In this document: positions 44,601-54,005 of the stretch, piece after piece
Numbering within the stretch: position 1 is the first letter of the stretch
Layout: the number at the start of each line of letters is the position of its first letter
IMG/VR virus record: IMGVR_UViG_3300024346_000003
DNA: 64,000 nt
Source: a virus
Taxonomy: Duplodnaviria > Caudoviricetes
Reading direction: 5' to 3' (one strand)
Translations under genes and position numbers: made by a program
The notes under the pieces: generated by a model
Databases searched by the model: none
Told to the model about the DNA's origin: nothing
What the model saw: the letters and a program-made list of their open reading frames with translations, nothing else

Positions 44601-44828
44601 ATCTAACGTAAGGAAATCACTATAAGGTTTACTAGGGTAATTAATAACATCCCTACCTTCGGTATTTTTTGTTATAGCAAAATTACCATATGTGAATAAT
44701 GCGGTATTACTATCACTAGTAATTTGATTCCCCACTAAATCTGGTGTAAAATTTCTATATTCTATACCATTATTGTAAAAAACTCTTTGGGCATACCCAA
44801 CTACTTTTATTTTATCGTTTTCAGCCAT
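41637..44828 (-). CDS. Putative baseplate wedge protein (P2 gpI/gp7-like core) with C-terminal SprB/PKD-like unit
   Basis: LWRRLILN..WLFKSKGTRKAVEFL; terminal GVGPYAYLW...LTVTDSKGC. Confidence 0.6.
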   Translation of the reverse strand: MAENDKIKVVGYAQRVFYNNGIEYRNFTPDLVGNQITSDSNTALFTYGNFAITKNTEGRDVINYPSKPYSDFLTLDSIGGTSEVIDLVFSANVNIKLNIDNTKLSNFAYFGSSTEFMRVTLESIITKWPASIHVKPIDNQTYDGVYTIENYTYNFYNNTSNFKVKTNTFANNYDVIYNTGGILLNTYGNELRNLVVNYSSYNILYNNEEYRILNFTGSTNLYDDYVMILVNGNPFPTAVNQPQYITYHIKPNNTEGEKFFAGLEPFEDYLLNRLTTPKYKSTFDYQYLTDTGLIYNTSTSVVWPTSDGYNLDFSTNAYVNYVNELLKICISTDETHSDLMSRFLVSESISNFDTIPRCDGTEEETSGQKMNKTLKIYGREFDEVKKYIDGIAYANNVSYDKKNNAPDQMIKYIARVMGWQLTSSVIENDLLKAYLNVPAPSYSGYSRGLTAAEAEIELWRRLILNSAWLFKSKGTRKAVEFLFKFIGAPEGLINLNEYIYAAKNKIDIDSFESVLLENNYDTDLISYNVDSDGFPKTIADTPTMYFQKGGLWYRETGGANAATQINQGNNPHIGPYDGGVEYINQFRSLLPDFQPTVLTTSTFTTSVVELFTNYNNGLINNYSGDTYVGIETYSGVTLDDCFLYVADIISDPHPTAELTDCGCDLPTEDLSLIIDIKRDELTEAEQFNNCSIRISGYTYVDSTNTNFYNTPYVFNWNYLTYNVDGSLNSQYYVSPFISPTCCNNIVNGASYLYDEYIINSTTGKPTLSNSGYICCKAPTINPTPIPTGTHATFTNFGFTTPATPATPKTLVLSPTVQVSAESSIKGDSTVPAYRGKGCGCYIGCQWRLAGPLLGQMYTTNNEMYLKFVTPQNNWGTTGTPQYRVTVQSDSCFCPLNYTIPQSILDPYTNKIGYACRLTATGKAVLTLAQANATYGTNNSLLYQLFYQKSIGLIGCTGTNPAPLCNISLGPIPRIVTKVSDINVSVPQISNGVGPYAYLWEIITQTGKYSNYGFLTSNTSAAPQIGPINATTVNLTNGTFEIKLTVTDSKGCKASTNATYIATV

Positions 44829-44836
44829 TTCTATAA

Positions 44837-45748
44837 TTAAACATTACTAATATCATTAAAAACTTTGGTGAAATCAATATTCACTTTTTGTTCTTTAATT
44901 TCATACAACGGTTTACCTGTAAATCTATCTTTAATCTCATAAAGATTGTATTGTTTATAAATATCATTATTAAAATTATATAATGTATAAACTCCATCTT
45001 CAAGCGATTTACTTTGATTTCCAAATAGACCAATAGCTAATGTTTCTATATCATGTTCAACAACTTCAACTTCCAATACAAATGGATTAAAATAAGTATT
45101 GGTTATTATAATTTCTTGATTTGGTTGACCTATAAATGGGAATACATTCGGTGTAACGTTCGATTCTGAACTAGGTGATACAGTACAAAAAACTAATGTT
45201 GAATTGTCATTAAATCTATATCTAATTGCTTTTTGATTAGCATTTGTTAAATTTTGGTTGACTGGTTCAGCTCTATTGTTTGAGGTAACAACTCTAAAGA
45301 AATTTCTAAGTTTTAAATCAGTAGAACTTGGATTTGGTGTTAGATATTCAATTCTATAACCAGCTAAATTATTATTTTCAAATTTATCAGCAAATGCTGA
45401 AATAGCTGGGTCGGAACCATCAAGTACAATACCTTTTATATCTGGTGATGATGATAATACACCACAATCCACAATTGTTGTTCTTATTTCAACTGGTTTT
45501 ATTGCAATTGTATAAATACCTACAGCACCAAAATCACCAAGTGGTAATTTTAATGTATATAACCCGCCAAAAATTTCAAAACCAATACCAGTTTTATTTG
45601 GGTTGTCTATTTGAATTAAATTAGAAGATGCTAATTTAAAACTTCTAGTAGTTTGTATATTCCTATTTGGTGAGTAGAAAACTGTAATTTCTACATCACT
45701 AGGGTTAACGTCTGCTGGTCTAACTATACCGTATGCTCCTGTTGCCAT
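44837..45748 (-). CDS. Putative structural protein
   Basis: Located in the baseplate block. Confidence 0.6.
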   Translation of the reverse strand: MATGAYGIVRPADVNPSDVEITVFYSPNRNIQTTRSFKLASSNLIQIDNPNKTGIGFEIFGGLYTLKLPLGDFGAVGIYTIAIKPVEIRTTIVDCGVLSSSPDIKGIVLDGSDPAISAFADKFENNNLAGYRIEYLTPNPSSTDLKLRNFFRVVTSNNRAEPVNQNLTNANQKAIRYRFNDNSTLVFCTVSPSSESNVTPNVFPFIGQPNQEIIITNTYFNPFVLEVEVVEHDIETLAIGLFGNQSKSLEDGVYTLYNFNNDIYKQYNLYEIKDRFTGKPLYEIKEQKVNIDFTKVFNDISNV

Positions 45749-45754
45749 GTCTTT

Positions 45755-46621
45755 TTATGTTAATATATTATAATATCCGTTTCCGTAATTTATTAGGTCA
45801 CCCAACGATGATACTTCACCCAATTGTAAATGGCTTTGTATTACTGTTGTTGCACCTCTATCTATAAATAGTTCGTTTTGTACTTTTGGTGTCTCTGTTA
45901 TATGTAATAAATATTCTTCAATAGTCAATGCTGATAAACTAGAATTAGTTTTATTAGTACCTTGACCATGATAATACATCTGGGTTATTGGTATTTCGTT
46001 AATATTATCAAGTCTTGTGCTACCTGAATAAGTTTTAAATAAAATACCATCACCCTGTAATGTTGTACCCAAATTTGGGTCATTTAATTTAGCATCCTCA
46101 GTATAAATTATTGGGTTGAAGTCATTTAAACTAATAACTCTAGTTATTCCACTTACCATTGAATTAACATAGTTAAAATAAATACCTTTTTCTAAATCAA
46201 AACCTGGTATATATTTAGTATTACCAGTATAACCATAACTACTAACATTTTCTAACCTATCTTCAGTTAATCCAGTTACAATTATATTATTAGTAAAATA
46301 ATCTGAAACAATTCTGTTTTTATATCTAACATCACTAAAATTAGTACCACTTGGGAAAAAGTTTGCTCCTTGTTGAGTGATAAAGTTAAAATTACCACCA
46401 CCGTAATAATTTAATTTTTCTGGTATTGGTGCGTAAGTTAATGTTGATGCATTTTTATCAAAAGTAATATATGGAAAATCCATAAACTTACCAATATCTT
46501 TAAGTTCTTGCGTTAAAAATATATTAACGTTAAAAGATGTTGCAGTTATTGAACCATAACCGCTATCTGGATTTTTACTAATATAATCTTCTAATAATAT
46601 TTTTATTTTTTTAGTTTCCAT
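45755..46621 (-). CDS. Putative structural protein
   Basis: Located in the baseplate block. Confidence 0.6.
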   Translation of the reverse strand: METKKIKILLEDYISKNPDSGYGSITATSFNVNIFLTQELKDIGKFMDFPYITFDKNASTLTYAPIPEKLNYYGGGNFNFITQQGANFFPSGTNFSDVRYKNRIVSDYFTNNIIVTGLTEDRLENVSSYGYTGNTKYIPGFDLEKGIYFNYVNSMVSGITRVISLNDFNPIIYTEDAKLNDPNLGTTLQGDGILFKTYSGSTRLDNINEIPITQMYYHGQGTNKTNSSLSALTIEEYLLHITETPKVQNELFIDRGATTVIQSHLQLGEVSSLGDLINYGNGYYNILT

Positions 46622-47484
46622 TAAATTGCAGTTATTTGGTATAAATCAATTATATAATCGTTAGATATAACCTGAACATTTGTTGAGTAATTAGTATCTA
46701 TCTCATAATAATGTTGACCATTATTTGTTTTTAATATATATTTTGTAAAAATATTATTTGTCGAATTTTGACTAGTAGATACTAAATTGTCAATAGTTGT
46801 TGTTGTACTACTTGTTGACATTAAACCAACCGTTTTACCATTTTTAGCATTATTAAATTCAGCTCGCATATATAATTCTTTAGGTGCATCAACTGTGACT
46901 TCATCTTTAAAGTTATATATAAAAAATCCTTCACCATTTAGACTTCTATTTGCTATTGAATTACCTAAAATAAATTGAGTTTTTAAATTATTAACGGGTG
47001 TAATTGTACCCCATGGTGTTAAACCACCAGTTGAATAATCACTTGGGTTTATCTTAGTGAATAATGTTATAAATGATATTAAACGCTGTGTTATTGGTGA
47101 ATCACTATCATAAAAATTTAATCTTAAAAATGTTTTAGTAAAAGCTTTTTTTCTAAATTTAATATCAAAATTATCAAAACCAATATCACCAAAATAACTA
47201 GATGGGTTAAATTGATTACTGCTAGTTAAAAAATGAACCTTGTATATAATATTATCAATAAATGACATTGAGTCACCATTTAATGTTACTGGGTTAAATC
47301 TAACTTTATCATAATCTAAAATAGTATTTATACTTTTTTGTATTTCAGCATTAACGAATTTAGTTTGAATTATCTCATCTTGGTCAACCAATTGGTACGT
47401 CATATTTACAGGTATACTAATGGTTGCACCAGTAGTTGTTGCAAATTTAGTAAAATTTATAGTATATTTATTAACAGACATCAT
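46621..47484 (-). CDS. Putative structural protein
   Basis: Track start 47526; ATG 47484 or 47481 preferred. Confidence 0.6.
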   Translation of the reverse strand: MMSVNKYTINFTKFATTTGATISIPVNMTYQLVDQDEIIQTKFVNAEIQKSINTILDYDKVRFNPVTLNGDSMSFIDNIIYKVHFLTSSNQFNPSSYFGDIGFDNFDIKFRKKAFTKTFLRLNFYDSDSPITQRLISFITLFTKINPSDYSTGGLTPWGTITPVNNLKTQFILGNSIANRSLNGEGFFIYNFKDEVTVDAPKELYMRAEFNNAKNGKTVGLMSTSSTTTTIDNLVSTSQNSTNNIFTKYILKTNNGQHYYEIDTNYSTNVQVISNDYIIDLYQITAI

Positions 47485-49249
47485 CAGCTTGTTTAGTAGT
47501 AAAGTTATTTTGAATACCGTCACCATTTACATCATATGGGTAATCCTCATTGAATTGTAAACCGAAGAATCCAAATGGGTCTTGTCTTCTAGTATAAATA
47601 CATAAGTTTTGATACATATAGTGACAACCATTTAAAAATGGGTAATTAACAGTTTCTTCTTGACCATCATTAACACCTATAGGTAATAAATCTCGCCAAA
47701 GGTATCTACCATCGCCTAAATTTTCAGCATATTCTGGAATACCAACAACACTTTCATCACCTTGTTCAACATAATTGGAGTATTCTTTAATTTTAATTTT
47801 ATAATGTGGATAATAAATATAACCTTCATTTCTAGGTCCTTTTAAAAGTCCACCATCAATTGGTTTTGAAGTTGTAGCTTCTCTATCAACAGTATTGAAT
47901 CTATGCATAATATTGATTAATGGTGTTTCTTTAGCTTCATATTTACTATATTCACAAATATCACCATAATAATCTTGATTTGTTATATTAACATCATTTT
48001 CCACTGGGGTTTGACTTTCAAATGGTGCCAATGGTAATGAACTTGTATGCATTTTTCTAATATTACTTACCTTCCTACCATCAACGGTATTTGTAATTAC
48101 ATTACCTGATTTATTTTCTAAATCAAAACCAGATATTGTTTTAGTGAAAATAGTTCCAGATTTAGTTTTAACCATCGTTAAATATAATTCACTTAATGGT
48201 CTACCTAGGTTATCTGCTAAATCACTTATATCAATATCATCATTAAACGTTATTTGGTAATTTTGGTCATTATATATGTTTTGACTAAATGCTAATGGAT
48301 ATGATTCATAACTATCTTGAGTTAATTCAGTTTGAGAATCGAAAGCTTTAATCTTTTTAAATTTTCTTAAATAATAAGTTACCTCTTTACCATAGTATAA
48401 CCTTTTCATTCTACCATCTGTAAACGTAATCCCAACAACAGCGGTGGTTGGGTCTATTTCAACAACAAAAAATGTTTCTTTACTGTCACCATTATCTAAC
48501 CCTAGTGCTATAACATTAAAGTCACCATTCATACTAATAGTTGGCATATTAGTTAACCTAACTGTGTCACCAACTATTAAGTTGTGTGGTACTGCTGAAC
48601 CTAAAGCTACCATACCAACACCACCCATATCTCGAACTTCAGCACTTGTGATTAATAACCCATTTTTAACTAAATGATGTTGATTATTTGAAGCATATGG
48701 GTAAGTAATTGTGAATTCCCAATTTCTAATATCATTATAACTATTTAGGTCAAATCGATGTCTAGTTGGTTCCATATCATAGAATGAACAAAAACCAAAT
48801 GTTTTAATATCTGGATTATAAAACCCAAACCAACCATCAATTTCCTTTAAATGCTTTTCAAGTGATTGTCTATATGTTAAATCATTAGCACCAACAAAAT
48901 CATTATCTAATGGGTCAGATTTAAATATATAACCATCAAACGTTTGATAACCATATGATTTATCATAACTAATACCATTTGTAACACCAAACGAGGATGG
49001 TCCTTTGTCACCACTAATGTTAAACAATACATTACTAAATATTGGTGATAGTGTATTTACTATTCTATACCTAGTTGAAACTTGTCTTTCACCATCAAAA
49101 ATATCACCGACATTAACTATTCGATTTATTTTACCTGGTGGTAATAATTTAATTTCAGATTCTAAATTAACATTAAAATACCCGTCAACATTAGCTGCAC
49201 CTTGAAACTTTGTTTTATTTAATCTATATTTTACTCGTCCTATCGCCAT
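47471..49249 (-). CDS. Putative structural protein
   Basis: 592-aa ORF in the baseplate block. Confidence 0.6.
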   Translation of the reverse strand: MAIGRVKYRLNKTKFQGAANVDGYFNVNLESEIKLLPPGKINRIVNVGDIFDGERQVSTRYRIVNTLSPIFSNVLFNISGDKGPSSFGVTNGISYDKSYGYQTFDGYIFKSDPLDNDFVGANDLTYRQSLEKHLKEIDGWFGFYNPDIKTFGFCSFYDMEPTRHRFDLNSYNDIRNWEFTITYPYASNNQHHLVKNGLLITSAEVRDMGGVGMVALGSAVPHNLIVGDTVRLTNMPTISMNGDFNVIALGLDNGDSKETFFVVEIDPTTAVVGITFTDGRMKRLYYGKEVTYYLRKFKKIKAFDSQTELTQDSYESYPLAFSQNIYNDQNYQITFNDDIDISDLADNLGRPLSELYLTMVKTKSGTIFTKTISGFDLENKSGNVITNTVDGRKVSNIRKMHTSSLPLAPFESQTPVENDVNITNQDYYGDICEYSKYEAKETPLINIMHRFNTVDREATTSKPIDGGLLKGPRNEGYIYYPHYKIKIKEYSNYVEQGDESVVGIPEYAENLGDGRYLWRDLLPIGVNDGQEETVNYPFLNGCHYMYQNLCIYTRRQDPFGFFGLQFNEDYPYDVNGDGIQNNFTTKQADDVC

Positions 49250-49250
49250 A

Positions 49251-52200
49251 TTAATTAGGTTGTGTTAATAATACCCCTTGTGGTGTTGAACCATTAACTG
49301 CGGTTCCGTTATTATTTTTATATGAATAACATCCATAAGGGCTATTAGTCCCGTAATTAGAATCTTGTGCACCACCATTTGTACCAGTATTAGTCATAGC
49401 AATTTTACCTCTAAACATGGCATATGTATTTTGTTGATTACCATCTGTTAAATAGTAATCAAACTGTAATGGATAAATTGGAACGCCACCTGGTGCGTCA
49501 CTAGCCCAGAATTGGAACTCATATGTTGGTGAACTATTTATTTGTGTTGTTGATTCATATAATGTATAATTTGGTTGGAGTACTTGGTATGTACTCACTG
49601 GTAAGTTTTGAGTATATGGATTACCTAAATTAATCCAGTTACCATTTGGTAATCTAAAGTGGTACGGTCCACCATGACCACCATTAAACCTAATTATTAT
49701 TCTACTAATTGAATCACCATTCGAATCTGTATAAGTTTTAGAGAACGCTCTAACATATAACTCACCATATAGTGGGAACGGTACAACATAATTTTCTGAA
49801 ACTTGACAATTGTTTTGGTCAGTCACTGTTACTACATATGGTATTTGTTGGCCCGTTTGTGGGTCAACAATACTAGCCTTCAATCCATCTACATTGATAA
49901 TACCATTTGGTTGGTTTAATAACATTTGATTTACCTCACCAATAACCTCTACTGAGTATGGTGGTGTTTGACCATTAATTGTTAATTGAATACTACCACT
50001 TGGACTTAATGCACAACCAGGTGGATATGTTTGTGCTGAAATTAAAGTCTCTGGTGGTTCGTTAATCACAACTGTAGCACTTTCAGTATTACCAGCTAAA
50101 TCAATAATATTAATTGTATAAGACCCCGCTGGTAATTCATTTGCTAATATATTTGTACTTACTATTGATGAAACTAACCCTTGATTATTAGGGTTGTTAC
50201 TAGCTGTTAATATCCATTCGATATCATATGGTGGTATACCACCAACCAATGTGACTTGACCATTACCAAACCCATTATAACAAGTTGCATCAGAAACAAC
50301 TGGTTGTATTGTAATATTTAATGGTTGTGTTATTAACACATAATCTGAACACTCAGTATTAATTGTTGTTTGTTGACCACCTATAATCGCTTGTATGCCA
50401 CTATCTGTTACTGTAACGATATATTCACCTGGTGGTAATAGATTTGTCGCATTTGGGATATCATTTGGACCTGTACAATTACCATAACAATATGTATTTT
50501 GTGGTGTGCTCATTTGTTGGTTAAATGAACCATCAGTCACACCTTGGATTTCAATATTATATGGGGCAACACCACCATTTATAGTTATTGATATTTTACC
50601 ATTACCGCTTGCGTTACTTGGTGATGGGCTTATTTGACATTGTACACCATCAATACCTGAAACCGTTACCGTTGTAGTGGCATTTAAACCACCAGCATCT
50701 GAAACAACTAAGGTATATTCACCACCTAATAAATTATCTAAACTAAATTGACTACCATCTGCGTTTCCACAATCAGTTTGTGATAATGTTCCGTCTGGAC
50801 TTGGACATTGGTATTGTAATCCACTGTAATTTGGACCTAACCACTGATAAGTATATGGACCAACACCACCTTCAATATGAAATTCTATTTGACCAGTACC
50901 AAGTCCAATGATATTATCATCAAGAATATTATCTATTATAATCGCTAAATCTGATTTTTCACTTTTTATACAAACTGGGAAATATCTCAGTAACATTTTT
51001 TGTAACGCACTATTACCTGGAATTAACCCAAAATAGAAATAAAGTGAATTTTTAAAGAACCATAATGATGGGTTTTGTGATGTTAAAGTATCATAACCTC
51101 TAAATGTTTTATAATATTGGTCTTGATAATTGATACTTCCACCATTATCTATAAAAACTAATGGTATATTATTTAATACTGTTGGGTAATTTAAATATGT
51201 GAATGCACCTCTAACCCATGGGTTTTCGATATCAGCATTCGTTATTCTATTATCAACTGGTGTTCCAAGACCAGTTGTTGGGTCTCTTCTATCTTCATCT
51301 GTACCCATTCCTAATTCACATAACCTTTTAATATTATTACAATTATCTGAATCAGTTCCAACACCTAAACATGTTATTTTCGCAATTAAAGAACCTGAAC
51401 TACTTCCAGGTGTATCCCACCCAGATTCTTGTATTTCATTTGGATATGGTTGTTCGTTTGGTAAATAATACTCTGGTGTTAATGGTGGGATGTTATACGT
51501 TGTGTCAACCAAATATCTATAAAATTTAGGGGCACCTTGCCAGTCACAATCGAATACAGCACCTAGACTAACTATCTTTGTTGAGTATAATCTTATATTA
51601 TTTTTTGACATAGCAGCATAATATAATTCACCTTCAACATTATCTTTTTTGATTAAACCTTCACGTATTTCATCATCTTTTAAACTATTTACATCATTAA
51701 ATGGTGCACCCACCGTACTCGAACTTTGTGGTGTTGCTACTGTACATGTATCAACTATTGATATAGTTCTACATCTATTGTCCTCAACCCCATCTTGGTT
51801 ATTATCTACACCGTTTATATCATCTTCACAATCATAATCACAAAAAACTTCCCTACCTTTACCTTTTCTTTTTGTTTTGTATTTTAATAAATAAGCGTAT
51901 AATGTTCCATTAACCCAATCATTATAAAAATCAAATTTTAGAAGACCTAATGCATCAGCTAAAACAGTGGTTATACAGTTTAACCATATCTCATTATCTG
52001 GGTCTGGTATATTAGGTTGTTCAGTTGCTGGGTAACCAGGATTAGCAGTATTACAACCAATACAATATTTATCATCATTACAACCTATTAATATGTAAGC
52101 TATATAGTTTATCGAGAATATTGAATTAAGTATTTCAATTATATTATTTATTAACCCTATTACTTTATTTATAGCATATAAAATAGTCCCAAATATACTG

Positions 52201-53612
52201 AATACAATGCATAATATTGAAAATAGTGGTGCAAGCACACTACCCGCAGTTGTTAACTTATTAAATGGAAATGGTGATTTTTCACCATCATCTACATTTT
52301 TAATTCCTAAAAAATTCCTATTTGTTGAGCAAGCTGTACTGTCTGCACAATTTTTTTGAACTCTAGTTATGTGGTTAGATACTGTGTATATTTTATTCCA
52401 ATATAAATTAGTAAAACTAGTGTCTTTAGTTCTTTCATCAAACGTATAGTCAGCTTCTAACGCTGTATCTGGTGCGTGTGGGATTAAATAACTAGCTCTA
52501 GTTCTTAATCTACCTTCACCACCTGTAGTATTCATTTTAACTCTAAATCTTACTTTAGCTCTAGTTGGTAAACCTTTCGATTCATCATCGGTTGGTACTA
52601 GGTTACCAAATTCATCTGTTATGATATAATCTAGATTCATTGGTACTTGGTAAGCCCAAGTCCCATCTTCATCAATAACATCACCACCAAGGACATCAAA
52701 TCTTTCGGTAGAACCATCTGACGCTTTTCTAATCATTTCAACCCTTCCAGAACCAGTAACCATATCATCAAGGTTACCCATATTTTTCTTAGGTCGACAT
52801 TTCTTATTTATTCCTTTTTTTTCACTATCACTAATTATACTACCCATGAAAATAGCATGTGGTTTTATATTAGTGGCTAAATCAATATCTAATCGATTAA
52901 TACCAATCTGACAATTATCAACATCACCCCAAAATGGTTGTACGTTAATACTTACTGGTGTTCTACTCTTTAATTGTGTTAATGTATTTAAATTAGTACC
53001 TTCTTTATATTTTGATGTACTCTCAAATAATTTTTCATTATAACCTTCTCGTATAAAATCATATGGTTCTTGTGTTAATATACCAATATCTGACATATCA
53101 ACATCAGCGTGTGCTTGGTAAGCACCTAATGGTACTCCAAAAAACATATAATCACCAGATTGGTTTGTTGTTGTTGTAAACTTATAGTATTTACAATAAA
53201 CATATAATAAATCATCATTATCCTGAACTTCCCTTTTATTTGGGAAAGAACCTATTGGAGCATAACAATCATTTTTAGTTTCATTTGTTTTTGGTAATAA
53301 GTTATATCTTAAACCATCTGAGTTTCTATCACTAACTTGTTCGTATGGGTATAACCCAAATATTTGTGAATTTTCTTTATCAATATCATCAATTGGTATG
53401 AATATAGAAACCTTAGCGTTTGGTACACCAAAGCCATTATTAACTGTAACCCTACCAACTACAACACCATAATCAGAACAAAAATTCTGATATACTTCTT
53501 CTTGCCTTAAAGTTAGTGATAATATTTCAATAAAATCAAACTTTTGGTCTATGTTTAAATTTAAAAATTTATCCTCACCACCTGGCGTTGTTCTTAATCT
53601 AATATTTGACAT
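49251..53612 (-). CDS. Large tail/baseplate-associated protein with hydrophobic segment and SprB-like repeats
   Basis: Four GGxxPYxxxW / L.xGxYxxxVxD units at about 49780-50920; hydrophobic LFSILCIVFSIFGTILYAI stretch. Confidence 0.7.
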   Translation of the reverse strand: MSNIRLRTTPGGEDKFLNLNIDQKFDFIEILSLTLRQEEVYQNFCSDYGVVVGRVTVNNGFGVPNAKVSIFIPIDDIDKENSQIFGLYPYEQVSDRNSDGLRYNLLPKTNETKNDCYAPIGSFPNKREVQDNDDLLYVYCKYYKFTTTTNQSGDYMFFGVPLGAYQAHADVDMSDIGILTQEPYDFIREGYNEKLFESTSKYKEGTNLNTLTQLKSRTPVSINVQPFWGDVDNCQIGINRLDIDLATNIKPHAIFMGSIISDSEKKGINKKCRPKKNMGNLDDMVTGSGRVEMIRKASDGSTERFDVLGGDVIDEDGTWAYQVPMNLDYIITDEFGNLVPTDDESKGLPTRAKVRFRVKMNTTGGEGRLRTRASYLIPHAPDTALEADYTFDERTKDTSFTNLYWNKIYTVSNHITRVQKNCADSTACSTNRNFLGIKNVDDGEKSPFPFNKLTTAGSVLAPLFSILCIVFSIFGTILYAINKVIGLINNIIEILNSIFSINYIAYILIGCNDDKYCIGCNTANPGYPATEQPNIPDPDNEIWLNCITTVLADALGLLKFDFYNDWVNGTLYAYLLKYKTKRKGKGREVFCDYDCEDDINGVDNNQDGVEDNRCRTISIVDTCTVATPQSSSTVGAPFNDVNSLKDDEIREGLIKKDNVEGELYYAAMSKNNIRLYSTKIVSLGAVFDCDWQGAPKFYRYLVDTTYNIPPLTPEYYLPNEQPYPNEIQESGWDTPGSSSGSLIAKITCLGVGTDSDNCNNIKRLCELGMGTDEDRRDPTTGLGTPVDNRITNADIENPWVRGAFTYLNYPTVLNNIPLVFIDNGGSINYQDQYYKTFRGYDTLTSQNPSLWFFKNSLYFYFGLIPGNSALQKMLLRYFPVCIKSEKSDLAIIIDNILDDNIIGLGTGQIEFHIEGGVGPYTYQWLGPNYSGLQYQCPSPDGTLSQTDCGNADGSQFSLDNLLGGEYTLVVSDAGGLNATTTVTVSGIDGVQCQISPSPSNASGNGKISITINGGVAPYNIEIQGVTDGSFNQQMSTPQNTYCYGNCTGPNDIPNATNLLPPGEYIVTVTDSGIQAIIGGQQTTINTECSDYVLITQPLNITIQPVVSDATCYNGFGNGQVTLVGGIPPYDIEWILTASNNPNNQGLVSSIVSTNILANELPAGSYTINIIDLAGNTESATVVINEPPETLISAQTYPPGCALSPSGSIQLTINGQTPPYSVEVIGEVNQMLLNQPNGIINVDGLKASIVDPQTGQQIPYVVTVTDQNNCQVSENYVVPFPLYGELYVRAFSKTYTDSNGDSISRIIIRFNGGHGGPYHFRLPNGNWINLGNPYTQNLPVSTYQVLQPNYTLYESTTQINSSPTYEFQFWASDAPGGVPIYPLQFDYYLTDGNQQNTYAMFRGKIAMTNTGTNGGAQDSNYGTNSPYGCYSYKNNNGTAVNGSTPQGVLLTQPN

Positions 53613-53963
53613 TTATTTAATTGTTTCTAAATTGTTAACAGTATCGACATCTGTTAATTCGTAATCACTGTTATCATATAATTCATAATCCAATTCATCA
53701 TCATCGTCATCATCATTATCCTTTTCCATTAATTTTTTAGCAAACTTTAAAAATAAGCTAGACATATTTACAGTATTGTCTCTCAATACAATCGATTTGA
53801 ATAAAACATAAATGACAAATGGTATAACAACTACTATTGCTATACTAAATACTAATAAAAAAGTAATGAAATTAAGAATACTATTAACTATTTTATTTTT
53901 ACTTTTAGTTTCTATTTTTTGACTTTGTAAGTCAACTGAAGTGTTTTTACAATTACAACCCAT
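53613..53963 (-). CDS. Small membrane protein with MGCNCK start and acidic tail
   Basis: One long TM segment; poly-Asp. Confidence 0.7.
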   Translation of the reverse strand: MGCNCKNTSVDLQSQKIETKSKNKIVNSILNFITFLLVFSIAIVVVIPFVIYVLFKSIVLRDNTVNMSSLFLKFAKKLMEKDNDDDDDDELDYELYDNSDYELTDVDTVNNLETIK

Positions 53964-54005
53964 ATTTTTTTATTTAAAAATAAGCTTTTTTACTTAAAAA
54001 GTAAA

